A DNA stretch of 64,000 nucleotides, from positions 64,001 through 128,000 of the forward strand of contig CAVWFS010000014.1 of assembly GCA_963754315.1 (NCBI GenBank). Reading direction: 5' to 3'. Below are positions 11,240 to 20,911 of this stretch, piece after piece (position 1 is the stretch's first letter; every line of letters begins with the position of its first letter). The notes under the pieces were generated by a model. The model searched no databases. It saw only the letters and a list, made by a program, of their open reading frames with translations, and was not told the DNA's origin. The position numbers and the translations under genes were made by a program. Origin of the DNA: an uncultured Candidatus Rokubacteria bacterium (GTDB taxonomy: Bacteria > Methylomirabilota > Methylomirabilia > Rokubacteriales > CSP1-6).

Positions 11240-12481
11240 GTGCCAAGCATCAACGAGCACTACCTGAGCCTCAAGGCAAGCTATCTCTTCGCCGAGATCA
11301 AGCGGCGGACAGCGGCCTTCACCCAGGCCCATCCCGGCACCCGCGTGATCTCGCTGGGCATCGGCGACGTGACGCAACCACTTCCCACGGCCGTGGTTCG
11401 TGCCCTGGACGAGGCCACCCGTGAGATGGCGCGGGCGGAGACGTTCAAAGGCTACGGGCCCTACGAGGGCTATGACTTCCTGCGCGCCGAGATCGCCACC
11501 CACGATTTCGGAGCACGCGGCGTCCCGATCAGCATCGATGAGATCTTCGTGAGCGACGGGGGCAAGAGCGACAGTGCCAACTTACAGGAGATCTTCGCCG
11601 CCGATTGCGTGGTGGCTCTCATGGATCCGGTCTATCCGGTGTACGCCGACAGCAACGTGATCGCGGGACGATCGGGGCCTGCCGACGAGAGCGGTCGCTA
11701 CCCGGGTTTCGTCTATCTCCCCTGCACGGCCGACAATGGTTTTCAGCCGGCCTTGCCTGAGCGACGAGTCGACCTGATCTATCTCTGCTATCCAAACAAC
11801 CCAACGGGCGCGGTGATGACCCGCGACGTGCTCCAGCGCTGGGTCGACTATGCGCGCGCCCACGATGCCATCATTCTGTACGACGCAGCCTACGAGGCCT
11901 ACATCCGTGACGCTGACATCCCTCACTCAATCTACGAGATCGAGGGGGCACGCGACGTCGCCATCGAGTGTCGCAGCTTCTCGAAGAATGCGGGATTCAC
12001 CGGCATGCGGCTCGCCTATACCGTGGTCCCCCGGCAGGCGCGAGGACGCACGGCGAGGGGGGAAACCGTGAGCCTGAACACTCTCTGGCTTCGCCGCACA
12101 TCGACCAAGTCCAACGGCCCGCCCTACATCATCCAGAGGGCGGCCGCCGCTATCTACACGCCGGAGGGACAGAAGCAGGTACGCAATCTCATCGAGTACT
12201 ACATGGTCAACGCGGCGGTCATCCGGGACGGCTTGACGAAGATCGGGCTCACGGTCTACGGGGGGCGCAACGCTCCGTATCTTTGGGTGCGGACGCCGGC
12301 GGGGCTGTCCTCATGGGATTTCTTCGACAAGCTGCTGGCCGAGGCGCACGTGGTAGGCATGCCGGGCTCGGGGTTCGGACCGAGCGGCGAGGGCTACTTC
12401 CGGCTGACCGCCTTCGGCTCTCGGGCCCAGACAGAGGAGGCGGTGGCGCGGATCGCGACGCGCCTGGGAGGGCTGGCCTGA
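11240..12481 (+). CDS. dapL: LL-diaminopimelate aminotransferase
   Basis: [50 protein letters not shown] (PLP Lys), [17 protein letters not shown] start with GGAG RBS. Confidence 0.93.
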   Translation: MPSINEHYLSLKASYLFAEIKRRTAAFTQAHPGTRVISLGIGDVTQPLPTAVVRALDEATREMARAETFKGYGPYEGYDFLRAEIATHDFGARGVPISIDEIFVSDGGKSDSANLQEIFAADCVVALMDPVYPVYADSNVIAGRSGPADESGRYPGFVYLPCTADNGFQPALPERRVDLIYLCYPNNPTGAVMTRDVLQRWVDYARAHDAIILYDAAYEAYIRDADIPHSIYEIEGARDVAIECRSFSKNAGFTGMRLAYTVVPRQARGRTARGETVSLNTLWLRRTSTKSNGPPYIIQRAAAAIYTPEGQKQVRNLIEYYMVNAAVIRDGLTKIGLTVYGGRNAPYLWVRTPAGLSSWDFFDKLLAEAHVVGMPGSGFGPSGEGYFRLTAFGSRAQTEEAVARIATRLGGLA

Positions 12482-13769
12482 TGCGACGGTTGCTCTTTCT
12501 CGAGCCAGGGCACTTTCACGCCGCGTTGACCCTGCGGGTGCCGCATCCGAGTCTGGCCGACGAGATCGTCGTCTACGCGTCCGAAGGTCCGGAGCTCACC
12601 GATTTTCTGGCCCTTGTGGCACGGTTCAATCGACGGACCGAAGCTCCCACGCGGTGGCGGCCCGTGGTGGTCACCTCCGGTGACTCCCTGCCACGCCTGG
12701 TGGATGAGCGACGCGGAGACGTCGTGGTGCTTGCCGGTAAGAACGGGGGTAAAGCACGCACCATCCGACGGCTGCACGAGTCCGGCTTTCACGTGCTGGC
12801 CGACAAGCCTTGGCTGGTCGAGCACGAGGATCTGTCGCCGATCCAGGCGAGCCTTGCGACGTGGCCCCTCGTCACCGAGATCATGACCGGCCGTCACGAT
12901 ATCGCGACCCGATTGCTGCAACGCCTGGTCGACACTCCAGACGTGTTTGGCGGTTTCCGGGCCGAGAGCCCCGCCCTCGAGCTCGAGAGCATTCATCACT
13001 TGGAGAAACTGGTCGATGGGGTCCCGCTTCGGCGGCCGTGGTGGTTCTTCGACGTCCGAGTGCAAGGGAGCGGGGCGGTCGACATTCCGACTCACCAGGT
13101 GGATTTGACTCAGTGTCTGGTGGACGGCTCCGGGACCGCCCCGCGCTCCGACTCGCGACTTCTCTCGGCGCGGGCATGGCCAACACCGGTTCCGGCCGAG
13201 GCGTTCAAGCGGATCACCGGGAAGCCAGCGTTCCCGCGCGATCTCGAGCAGTGGGTGGACGGTGACACGCTCAGCTATCTCTGCAATGCCGAGCTCGGCT
13301 ACCAGGTCGGCGGAGTGATCGCGCGATCGTCCGCGCGCTGGGATCTGGCCGCACCGTCAGGGGGAGGAGATAGCTCCCGCGTGGTGGCCCACGGAACCCT
13401 CGCCGACATCTGCCTCGAGCAGGGAGCCCACACGGGACACCGGCGGCGGCTCTCCATCGAGCCCAGATCCGATCCTGACGGGGTGGCAACAGCTCTGCGC
13501 GAAACCGTGACCAGCTGGCAGGCGGAGTTCCCCGGTGTCCGCGTGGAGCCCGGCGGTGGACACCGGCAACTGCTCGCGATCCCCGCCCCCTGGATACCGG
13601 ACACGAGAGCCACTTCGCCCAGGTACTCGACGAGTTCCTGCGCGCCATCGACGAGCACCGATGGCCGGCCGAGCGCGCTAGACGCACTCTGGACAAGTAC
13701 GCTCTCCTTGCCCGGGCCGCCGCTCAGGTGTCGCTACCGGCGGCGTGTCCTTGCACGCCCTGTGACTGA
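12481..13769 (+). pseudogene. Gfo/Idh/MocA-related putative oxidoreductase, frameshifted in a C-run at about 13581-13590 (possibly a sequence error)
   Basis: EPGHFHAAL, HVLADKPW, EIMTGR, RRPWWFFDV; the shifted frame continues LDTGHESHFAQVLDEFL...DKY to TGA 13769; ATG overlaps the dapL stop. Confidence 0.75.
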
Positions 13770-13817
13770 CGGGTACCCTCCCCCTATGTCCGAGCCAAAC
13801 AGGCCAAGGAGCCACCC

Positions 13818-14897
13818 ATGAAAGCCGCCGTGTTCCACGGACCCCATCAGCCGCTCACCATCGAGGAAGTGGACATCGCGAAGCCGATCGGACGGGAGGT
13901 CAGTGTGCGCACCGTCGCGAGCGGCGTGTGTCACAGCGACCTTCATTTCGTCGACGGCTTCTATCCGTTCCCGACGCCCGCCATCCTCGGCCACGAAGCG
14001 GCGGGGATCGTCGAAGCGGTGGGACCGCAGGTGACGGAGTTCAAGCCGGGCGACCACGTGATCGCGTGCCTGTCCATTTTCTGCGGACACTGCGCATACT
14101 GCCTCACCGGGCGGACACATCTCTGCCAGTCACGCCCCGTCCGCTCGCCGCAGGAGCCACCCAAGCTCAGCTGGAAGGGCGCCCCGGTGAACCAGTTCGC
14201 GAATCTCTCAAGCTACGCCGAGCAGATGCTCGTCCATGAAAACGGGCTCGTTGGAGTGCGCCATGATGTGCCGCTCGACCGGGCAGCGCTGATCGGATGC
14301 GGGGTGACCACCGGAGTAGGCGCGGTTCTCAACACCGCCCGCGTCGAGGCGGGAGCGACGGTGGCGGTGTATGGGGCGGGCGGAGTCGGGCTGGCCGCCA
14401 TCCAGGGGGCGCGCATTGCCGGAGCCCGCATGATCATCGCGGTGGATGTCTTCGAGCATAAGCTTGCCCAGGCCCGTGACCTTGGAGCCACTCACACCGT
14501 CGATGCCTCCAGCACCGACCCGGTCGCCAAGATCCGCGAGCTGACCGGGGGCGGCGTCGAGTACGCGTTCGAGGCCATCGGCCTCAAGAAGGCCGCCGAG
14601 CAAGCGTTCGACTGCCTGCGGCCCGGCGGGACGGCCACCGTGATCGGCATGATCCCGGTCGGTCAGAAGATCGAGCTGGAGGGCAGCGTGTTCCTCCGCG
14701 AGAAGCGCATTCAGGGCTGCAGCATGGGCTCCAACCGCTTCAAGGTCGACATGCCGAAGTACGTCGACTTCTACCTGCAGGGGCGACTGCGCCTCGACGA
14801 GATGATCACGCGGCGGGGACGGCTAGAGGACGTGAACGAGGCGTTCCGCGCCATGAAGGCCGGCGAGGTCGCCCGCACCGTCCTGATGTTCGAGTAA
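13818..14897 (+). CDS. Zn-dependent alcohol dehydrogenase (class III-like MDR)
   Basis: GVCHSD, LGHEAAG, CGHCAYC..C, GCGVTTG, GAGGVG. Confidence 0.93.
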   Translation: MKAAVFHGPHQPLTIEEVDIAKPIGREVSVRTVASGVCHSDLHFVDGFYPFPTPAILGHEAAGIVEAVGPQVTEFKPGDHVIACLSIFCGHCAYCLTGRTHLCQSRPVRSPQEPPKLSWKGAPVNQFANLSSYAEQMLVHENGLVGVRHDVPLDRAALIGCGVTTGVGAVLNTARVEAGATVAVYGAGGVGLAAIQGARIAGARMIIAVDVFEHKLAQARDLGATHTVDASSTDPVAKIRELTGGGVEYAFEAIGLKKAAEQAFDCLRPGGTATVIGMIPVGQKIELEGSVFLREKRIQGCSMGSNRFKVDMPKYVDFYLQGRLRLDEMITRRGRLEDVNEAFRAMKAGEVARTVLMFE

Positions 14898-14970
14898 ACG
14901 GCGACGTGGTGGGACCCGCGGCTCACGGAGCATCACAAGGCGGCGGGCCCACCGTATCTCAAGGTAGACA

Positions 14971-14999
14971 TTGACGGGTGGGTCCAGGCCTGATCGAAT
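14971..14999 (+). promoter_or_regulatory. putative sigma70 promoter (TTGACG-17-TCGAAT) with leaderless geometry
   Basis: 17-bp spacing; ATG 15007 lies 7 nt after the -10; the -10 is imperfect. Confidence 0.4.
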
Positions 15000-15006
15000 G
15001 GCACGA

Positions 15007-15315
15007 ATGGGTGTGTACGACCAGATCAAGTCGGCGTTCCAGGACATCATCGCGCCCGAACTGCACGCGCTGCGCGGGGAGATTCGGCTTGTCGACCAAA
15101 AGCTCGTCGGCCTGGATCAGAAGATCGACGGCGTGGACACTCGCCTGAACATCAAGCTCGATGGCGTCCGCAGCGAGATGGGCTCCATGAAGTCAGAGCT
15201 TCTCGCCGAGATCCGGCGGCTCGATGCCAGGATCGATGCCGTCGACCGCGAGCTGCGGACGGCCATCGACATCCGCGAGCGCCTGGCCGCGCTCGAAGGT
15301 CGCCGTTCCTCCTGA
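15007..15315 (+). CDS. small coiled-coil hypothetical protein
   Basis: Heptad pattern (VDQKLVGLDQKIDGVDTRL...IRRLDARIDAVDREL); codon usage typical of the region. Confidence 0.7.
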   Translation: MGVYDQIKSAFQDIIAPELHALRGEIRLVDQKLVGLDQKIDGVDTRLNIKLDGVRSEMGSMKSELLAEIRRLDARIDAVDRELRTAIDIRERLAALEGRRSS

Positions 15316-15330
15316 CCTGTTCGACAGGTC
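15314..15330. terminator. hairpin between convergent genes
   Basis: GACCTGT-TCG-ACAGGTC perfect 7-bp stem spanning the gap between two convergent stops; no U-tract. Confidence 0.4.
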
Positions 15331-15331
15331 G

Positions 15332-16552
15332 CTAGCCGAGGGGTCCCTGGAAAACCTGATCCACGTACGTGTCAGAGAGCGGCTCTAGCTCGGCAGGCCA
15401 TGGCACCGTGACCGCGCGCCGCTGGCTAGCCGGCCGCACCCGGCCGTCCCACCCCACCTGCTCCATGTAGTAGTAGAGCTGGATGCAGTGCCCGTCCGGA
15501 TCCAGGGCGAACGCCGCGTAGTCGATGCCGGGGTGTAGCTCTGGCGGAATCGAGTCGACGAAGGTGACGCCGTGCGATCGGAGGAAGGCCACCGCGTGGC
15601 GAAGCTGGGTGTAGCTGCCCACTTCGATACCGAACGCCATGCAGGTGCTGCTCTCGGTGAGACCCAGGACGGATCGCAGCTCCTTCGGGAACAGGGCCAC
15701 GCTGTGATGCTCGGCCCCGCACCGGAGAAACACGCAGCGCGCGCCGCGATAGACGGCTTCCTCGCTCCTGACGAACCCGAGGTGCTCGACGTAGAAGGCT
15801 TCGGCGCGTCTCACGTCTTCCACGAAGAGGCTCACCGGTCCGATCTTGGTGATCTTGAACGGACGCGGCAGCAGCACCCCTTCCACGTCGTACGTCTCGG
15901 GCTGCCCTTCGGTCGTCCGATGGCCAGAGATGATATCGATGCCCTTGTCGAGCGCCTCGGCCACCTCGGCAATTTCGGACATCTGGGGCAGGGCTGGTTT
16001 CTCGCGAAAGCCACGGTAGTACATGGCCGTGGGCTTGCTCATCTGGTTCCAGCCGATCTGTTCGATGCCGTAGTAGAGCTCGTTGGTGTGGCCGTCTGGG
16101 TCATAGACGTACACGTGCCAGTTGCTGCCCGGCATGTCGCGGCCCACGCGTTGGATGGGAACACCTCGGCCCTGGAAATAGGTGTGGGCGTCCATGATCT
16201 CCCTGAGGCTCCCACACTGCCATGTGATCTGATTGATGGTGATCTCAGGCGCAAATTTCCGGTCGGGGCGATGCTCGAGTACTCTCCGGTTGAAGAGCAC
16301 GAAGGCGTGATGATCCGTACCGTAGCGCATGAAGTACCCGCGCGTGTCTCCGAGATCGACTCCCCGCGGCGCCCAGGGCATCGCGCCGAAATCGAGCACG
16401 TCGGAGGGCTTGAAGCCGAGGAGGGCCGTGTAGAACTCCCTGCTCTCCGTCATCTTGATTGCGTTGAACCCGAAATGGCCGAGCCGGCGGACCTTGAAGG
16501 GCCGCGGCAGGAGCACACCGCCGACGTTGTAGTGGTTGCCGTTCGACGCCAT
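15332..16552 (-). CDS. two-domain VOC/glyoxalase (extradiol dioxygenase-like) protein
   Basis: Internal repeat GVLLPRPFK; RLGHFG, DHH, GRDMPG, YVYDPDGHTNE; GGAGGT RBS. Confidence 0.85.
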   Translation of the reverse strand: MASNGNHYNVGGVLLPRPFKVRRLGHFGFNAIKMTESREFYTALLGFKPSDVLDFGAMPWAPRGVDLGDTRGYFMRYGTDHHAFVLFNRRVLEHRPDRKFAPEITINQITWQCGSLREIMDAHTYFQGRGVPIQRVGRDMPGSNWHVYVYDPDGHTNELYYGIEQIGWNQMSKPTAMYYRGFREKPALPQMSEIAEVAEALDKGIDIISGHRTTEGQPETYDVEGVLLPRPFKITKIGPVSLFVEDVRRAEAFYVEHLGFVRSEEAVYRGARCVFLRCGAEHHSVALFPKELRSVLGLTESSTCMAFGIEVGSYTQLRHAVAFLRSHGVTFVDSIPPELHPGIDYAAFALDPDGHCIQLYYYMEQVGWDGRVRPASQRRAVTVPWPAELEPLSDTYVDQVFQGPLG

Positions 16553-16643
16553 GGCTCGCACCTCCCCGATCATGAGGGCCTGAGGGTTAAGAGTACCTCC
16601 GCCACCAGCATAGACGGATCCGGGGCACGACTGGTAGTGACGG

Positions 16644-16672
16644 TTGACCGGAAGAAGTCTCCGCGCTAGGCT
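16644..16672 (+). promoter_or_regulatory. putative sigma70 promoter
   Basis: TTGACC-17bp-TAGGCT upstream of 16753. Confidence 0.55.
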
Positions 16673-16752
16673 CCACCCTCGAGGGGGGCCGGCGACCGTG
16701 CCTGTGCCCTCGTCTTCCCGCGGTCCAACACGGTCTCAGCAGGAGGTGCGGC

Positions 16753-17580
16753 ATGAGCATCGTCGCCATTTCCGAGACGACCGGAAGTCTTGGGAACGAG
16801 ATCGGTCGCAGGGTTTCCGAGCGCCTGGGCTATCGATTTGCCGACCGCGAGATCATCGCCAAAGCGGCCGAGCAGTTCGGGGCGGAGTTGAGCGACCTCC
16901 GGCACGGCACCGAAGAGAAACCGTCATTCTGGGAGCGGCTGACCGACAGCCAGCACCGGTACCGGGCCTACGTGGACTCCATCATCCTCGAGATGGCCAG
17001 CGGTGATGACGTCGTGCTGACCGGGATGGCGGCGGCCATCGTCCTGCGCCACGCGCCCCACGCTCTCCGCGTGCGCACCAATGCGCCAGAGCGCGTGCGC
17101 GCTAATCGCCTGGAGCAGCAACAGGGGCTCACTCGGGAGGCCGCCCTCGACCTCGTCCGCCACACCGACCACGAGCGCGCCACCCGCGTGAAGTTCCTGT
17201 ATCGCGTGAACGTCGACGATCAGCTGCTCTATGATCTCGTCCTCAATACCGAACGGCTCACCGCCGACGAGGGGGCCCGGCTGATCCAGGAGATGCTGCG
17301 GGAACAACGCTTCCGGACGACGCCGGTCGCCCGCGATCAGCTCATCGACCTGAGCATCGAGACTCGAGCCAAGGCTTCCTTCATGGCGAGCCCTGTTATC
17401 GACCCCGAGCGGGTGGCGGTGTCCGCCCGCGGCGGGTGCGCCTCCATCAGCGGGAGCGTTGACACGGACGAGGAGTACCGCCTGGTGCACGAGACGGTGG
17501 CCAAGATTCCCGGCGTAACCCGGATCGTCAACGAGGTCGAAGTCACGCCGCCCATCAAGCGCACACCCGCAGCGTATTGA
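16753..17580 (+). CDS. cytidylate kinase-like family protein with C-terminal BON domain
   Basis: VAISETTGSLGNEIG, YDLVLNT; C-terminal V..RGG.ASISG.V...IPGVTRIVNEVEV (BON-like); AGGAGGT RBS. Confidence 0.82.
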   Translation: MSIVAISETTGSLGNEIGRRVSERLGYRFADREIIAKAAEQFGAELSDLRHGTEEKPSFWERLTDSQHRYRAYVDSIILEMASGDDVVLTGMAAAIVLRHAPHALRVRTNAPERVRANRLEQQQGLTREAALDLVRHTDHERATRVKFLYRVNVDDQLLYDLVLNTERLTADEGARLIQEMLREQRFRTTPVARDQLIDLSIETRAKASFMASPVIDPERVAVSARGGCASISGSVDTDEEYRLVHETVAKIPGVTRIVNEVEVTPPIKRTPAAY

Positions 17581-17586
17581 TATGTT

Positions 17587-17770
17587 GGGGGGCCTCGAAA
17601 GGGCCCCCCAAGCCCCCCGAATGTTCGGGGCGCCCCGGGGCACCCGTCGCGCCCCTCTGTCTCACGCGCGCTCTCGGGGCCTCGAAAGGGCCCCCCAGCC
17701 CCCCGAATGTTCGGGCGCCCGGGGCACCCGTCGCGCCCCTCTGTTCACCGCTCTGGGCCTCGAAGGCCCC
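17587..17770. repeat. tandem REP-like palindromic element (2 full copies plus 1 partial)
   Basis: GG(GG)GGCCTCGAAAGGGCCCCCC..GCCCCCCGAATGTTCGGG(G)CGCCC(C)GGGGCACCCGTCGCGCCCCTCTGT at 17587 and 17676, partial at 17755. Confidence 0.85.
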
Positions 17771-17780
17771 GGCGTGGGAA

Positions 17781-19286
17781 CTACGACGGGCGGCGGCGGA
17801 GGGCGCGGCCGGGGCGGGCGCCGGTGTGGACACCATCCTGGGCTACCGCCACGCCGTTGACGTACACGGCACGGATCCCGGCCGGGAAGCGGCGAGGATC
17901 GTCGTAGGTAGCCACGTCCGCGATCCGCGTGGGGTCGAAGATCACGAGGTCGGCGAAGGCGCCGACGCGCACGGCACCACGATCGGCAAGCTGGAACTTC
18001 GTGGCAGGCATCGCCGTCATCCGGTGGATGGCGGTGGCCAGGTCGAGCACGTTGTGCTCGCGCACGTAGTGGCCGAGCACACGCGGAAAGCACCCGTACA
18101 GGCGGGGATGAGGCTTACCACCCGCCGGCACTCCGTCCGAGCCGATCATGGTGGACGGATGGGCCAGGACCAGCCGCACGTCCTCCTCGGCCATGGTGAA
18201 GGTGACGACGAAGCATGCCTCGCCTTCCTCTCGCACGACCCGCTCGGCAGCGTCCGCTGCATCCATGGTCCAGCCGGCAGCCAGGGCGGCCAAGGTCTGG
18301 CCCTCCCACGCAGGATGCTTCGGCGCCGACGCGATCAGGACGTCGGCGGCGCTCAGCTGACCGAGCCCGCCTGGGCTATCGCGGCGAAAGGCGCCGTTCT
18401 GTATCACGGCGGCCAAGGAGGTGCTGCCGGCCGTGTACGGATATTGATCTGCGGTGACGTCGACACCGCGTGCCCGCGCCTCGTCGATGAGTCGCAAGGA
18501 GTCCCGCACCTTACCCCAGTTGCTGCGACCGCTGGCTTTATGATGGGAGATCTGTACAGCGACACCCGCCTCCTCTCCGATCCTGATCGCTTCGTGCACG
18601 GCGTCCAGTAGCCCACCGGCCTCGTTGCGCATGTGCGTCGCATAAAGACCACCCGTGGGCCCGCCCAGAACGCGTGCAAGGGCGACGATCTCGTCCGTCT
18701 GCGCGTACCGGCCCGGCTCATAGATCAACCCGGTCGATAGACCGACCGCGCCTGCCGCAACACCCTCCGCCACCCAGCTCCGCATCTGATCGAGCTCGGC
18801 CGCGCTGGGCGGACGCTGGGCATTCTCCATGACGCCCGTACGTAAGGTGCCGTGCCCCATCAACAGGGCCACGTTCAGGCTGGGCCGGGCTTGCTCGACA
18901 CGTTCCAAGTATCCGCCGAAGCCCTCCCACGGCTGCGGAGCGGCATCGGGATGAAAGCGGCGGAAGCGGCGAAGGCCGGCTGCGAAAGGGGCGATCCCCG
19001 AGCCGCAGTTACCCACGACGTCGGTGGTGACCCCCTGCATGACCTTACACGACATCTCGGGATCGAGGAGCACCGCGAAGTCGTCGTGGCTGTGCACATC
19101 GATGAACCCCGGGGCGACGGCCAACCCCATCGCTGAGACCTCGGTGAGGCCGCGTTCACCGATCGTGCCCACAGCAGCAATACGATCACCTCGGAGGGCG
19201 ACGTCGCCTCGCACGCCAGGGGAACCGCTACCGTCATACACGGTTCCTCCGCGAATCACGACGTCGTAGCCCTGACTGGTAGCCAT
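17781..19286 (-). CDS. N-acyl-D-amino-acid deacylase (D-aminoacylase) family
   Basis: APGFIDVHSHDD, QGVTT.VVGNCG, STGLIYEPG, HMRNE, ISHHK, DQYPY, IGSDG, PHPRLYG. Confidence 0.92.
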   Translation of the reverse strand: MATSQGYDVVIRGGTVYDGSGSPGVRGDVALRGDRIAAVGTIGERGLTEVSAMGLAVAPGFIDVHSHDDFAVLLDPEMSCKVMQGVTTDVVGNCGSGIAPFAAGLRRFRRFHPDAAPQPWEGFGGYLERVEQARPSLNVALLMGHGTLRTGVMENAQRPPSAAELDQMRSWVAEGVAAGAVGLSTGLIYEPGRYAQTDEIVALARVLGGPTGGLYATHMRNEAGGLLDAVHEAIRIGEEAGVAVQISHHKASGRSNWGKVRDSLRLIDEARARGVDVTADQYPYTAGSTSLAAVIQNGAFRRDSPGGLGQLSAADVLIASAPKHPAWEGQTLAALAAGWTMDAADAAERVVREEGEACFVVTFTMAEEDVRLVLAHPSTMIGSDGVPAGGKPHPRLYGCFPRVLGHYVREHNVLDLATAIHRMTAMPATKFQLADRGAVRVGAFADLVIFDPTRIADVATYDDPRRFPAGIRAVYVNGVAVAQDGVHTGARPGRALRRRPS

Positions 19287-19443
19287 CCTCATTGGACCTC
19301 CACGTATCGTCTGCCATCGATCCGTCACCGGCGCCCGCGAGGGGTCGCGCAGCGTCCTGACTTCAACCGGAGGGATCAGTGTATAGTCGCCAGCGCGGGG
19401 TGTCGTCGATCCTCTGGGTCGCTCGAACAGACAGGAGAAGCCC

Positions 19444-20592
19444 ATGAGAGACGGTCTGCGCGCATTCGACGCTGATACACACGTCAACCCGGCGGCCGAA
19501 GTCCTCGAGCGGTACGTCGATCCCGACTTTCGGCCCCGACTGGCGGAGCTAGCCCTCCATCGGACCGCTACCGGCCACATGATGGGAGGCACTCCCGGTA
19601 CCCACCAGTTTCGCGTCGCCACCAAGCTCTACCGGCGCGTTCTGGGGACGGCAGAGCCTCACGACACGTTCACCGGCCGTCGGACCAACTGGATGGGAAC
19701 CAAGGAACCACGGGTCGGAGTTCAGGACGATCAGGCCGAGAACCGGATCAGGGACATGGACGACGAAGGGACGGACGCCCATTTCCTGGTACCGACTCTC
19801 TGGCTGAGCGTGGTGGGACTGCCGGACATCACGCTCGAGGTCGGACTGATCCGCGCCTATCACCGTCATGCCGAGGCCTTCTGTGGTCACGCGCCTGGCC
19901 GGCTGCAAACCGCCATCGTCGCCTCCTCCCGCGCCGTCGATGAGGCGGTGCGCGAGATTCATCGGTGGGGGACCTCGAAATGGGCGGTAGCCGTCATCCC
20001 CCTGCTCGCCAAGGACGTGCCGGTCGATCACCCGGACCTGGAACCGATCTGGCAAGCGGCGCAAGAGCACGACCTGGCGATCGTGCATCACAGCAACACC
20101 TGGAATCCCCCGTACTTTCCCGCCTATCAGGACGTGTGGGATAACATCTTTCTCGGCCGTCTGGCCTCTCACCCCTGGGGCGGCATGCGGTTCATGGCCG
20201 CCTTCATCGGGGCCGGGATCATGGACCGCTATCCCCGCTTGCGCATGGGCACGCTCGAGTGTGGCTTCGGGTGGCTCCCCTTCTGGGCCAAGCGCATGGA
20301 CGAGCAAGCGGTTTACGTGGGCGGCACCGCGCCCCTCAAGCACCGGCCCAGCGAGTACCTGACCAGTGGCCGGTTTTTCTGCACCATCGAGCGGCACGAG
20401 GGCGAGGATTTGTTCAACTTCGTGACGAACGTGCTGGGTGACGACGTCCTGATGTACGCATCCGACTATCCTCATTCGGAGTGTCAGTTTCCCAATTCCG
20501 TGGACAACATCGCGCGCTGGTCGAGTCTCAAGCCTGACACCAAGCGCAAGCTCCTATGGGACAATGCCGCCCGTTTCTACAAGCGAACGTGA
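19444..20592 (+). CDS. amidohydrolase 2 family protein
   Basis: DADTH, DMDDEG.D, LECGFGWLP, YASDYPH, NAARFY; AGGAG RBS. Confidence 0.88.
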   Translation: MRDGLRAFDADTHVNPAAEVLERYVDPDFRPRLAELALHRTATGHMMGGTPGTHQFRVATKLYRRVLGTAEPHDTFTGRRTNWMGTKEPRVGVQDDQAENRIRDMDDEGTDAHFLVPTLWLSVVGLPDITLEVGLIRAYHRHAEAFCGHAPGRLQTAIVASSRAVDEAVREIHRWGTSKWAVAVIPLLAKDVPVDHPDLEPIWQAAQEHDLAIVHHSNTWNPPYFPAYQDVWDNIFLGRLASHPWGGMRFMAAFIGAGIMDRYPRLRMGTLECGFGWLPFWAKRMDEQAVYVGGTAPLKHRPSEYLTSGRFFCTIERHEGEDLFNFVTNVLGDDVLMYASDYPHSECQFPNSVDNIARWSSLKPDTKRKLLWDNAARFYKRT

Positions 20593-20605
20593 AAGGACCG
20601 TGACG

Positions 20606-20911
20606 ATGGCTCAAGCGACCCTACCCCCGTGGATCCAGACGCTGCAGCAGCGCGATCCGGAGTTCGTCAGCTCCTACATGGCCCAGCGCGAACGCATCCT
20701 GCGTGATGGCGCCATCCCGGCGAAGTACAAGCTGCTCATGACGATGATCGTCGATGCGCTCCTGTCACACCCGGACGGTGTCGCCAACATCGCCACCCGC
20801 GCGCGGGGGGCGGGGGCCTCGGAAGCAGAGATCCAGGAGGCGGTGGAGGTAGCCTATCTCTTCGGCGGTACGCCGGCCCTGGTGACCGCCGTGAACGCGT
20901 TCCGCACCTAG
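20606..20911 (+). CDS. carboxymuconolactone decarboxylase family protein (no CxxC)
   Basis: DGAIPAKYKLL...A..AGASEAEIQEAV.VA...GG. Confidence 0.8.
   Translation: MAQATLPPWIQTLQQRDPEFVSSYMAQRERILRDGAIPAKYKLLMTMIVDALLSHPDGVANIATRARGAGASEAEIQEAVEVAYLFGGTPALVTAVNAFRT

Noticed and set aside
13575..13600. Programmed ribosomal frameshifting at this or the other split sites
   Set aside because: No canonical slippery heptamer with stimulator, and these enzyme families are not known to be recoded; indel error is simpler
17587..17770. Possible CRISPR array or small ORFs
   Set aside because: Units are long and degenerate with no unique spacers; overlapping ORFs are repeat translations
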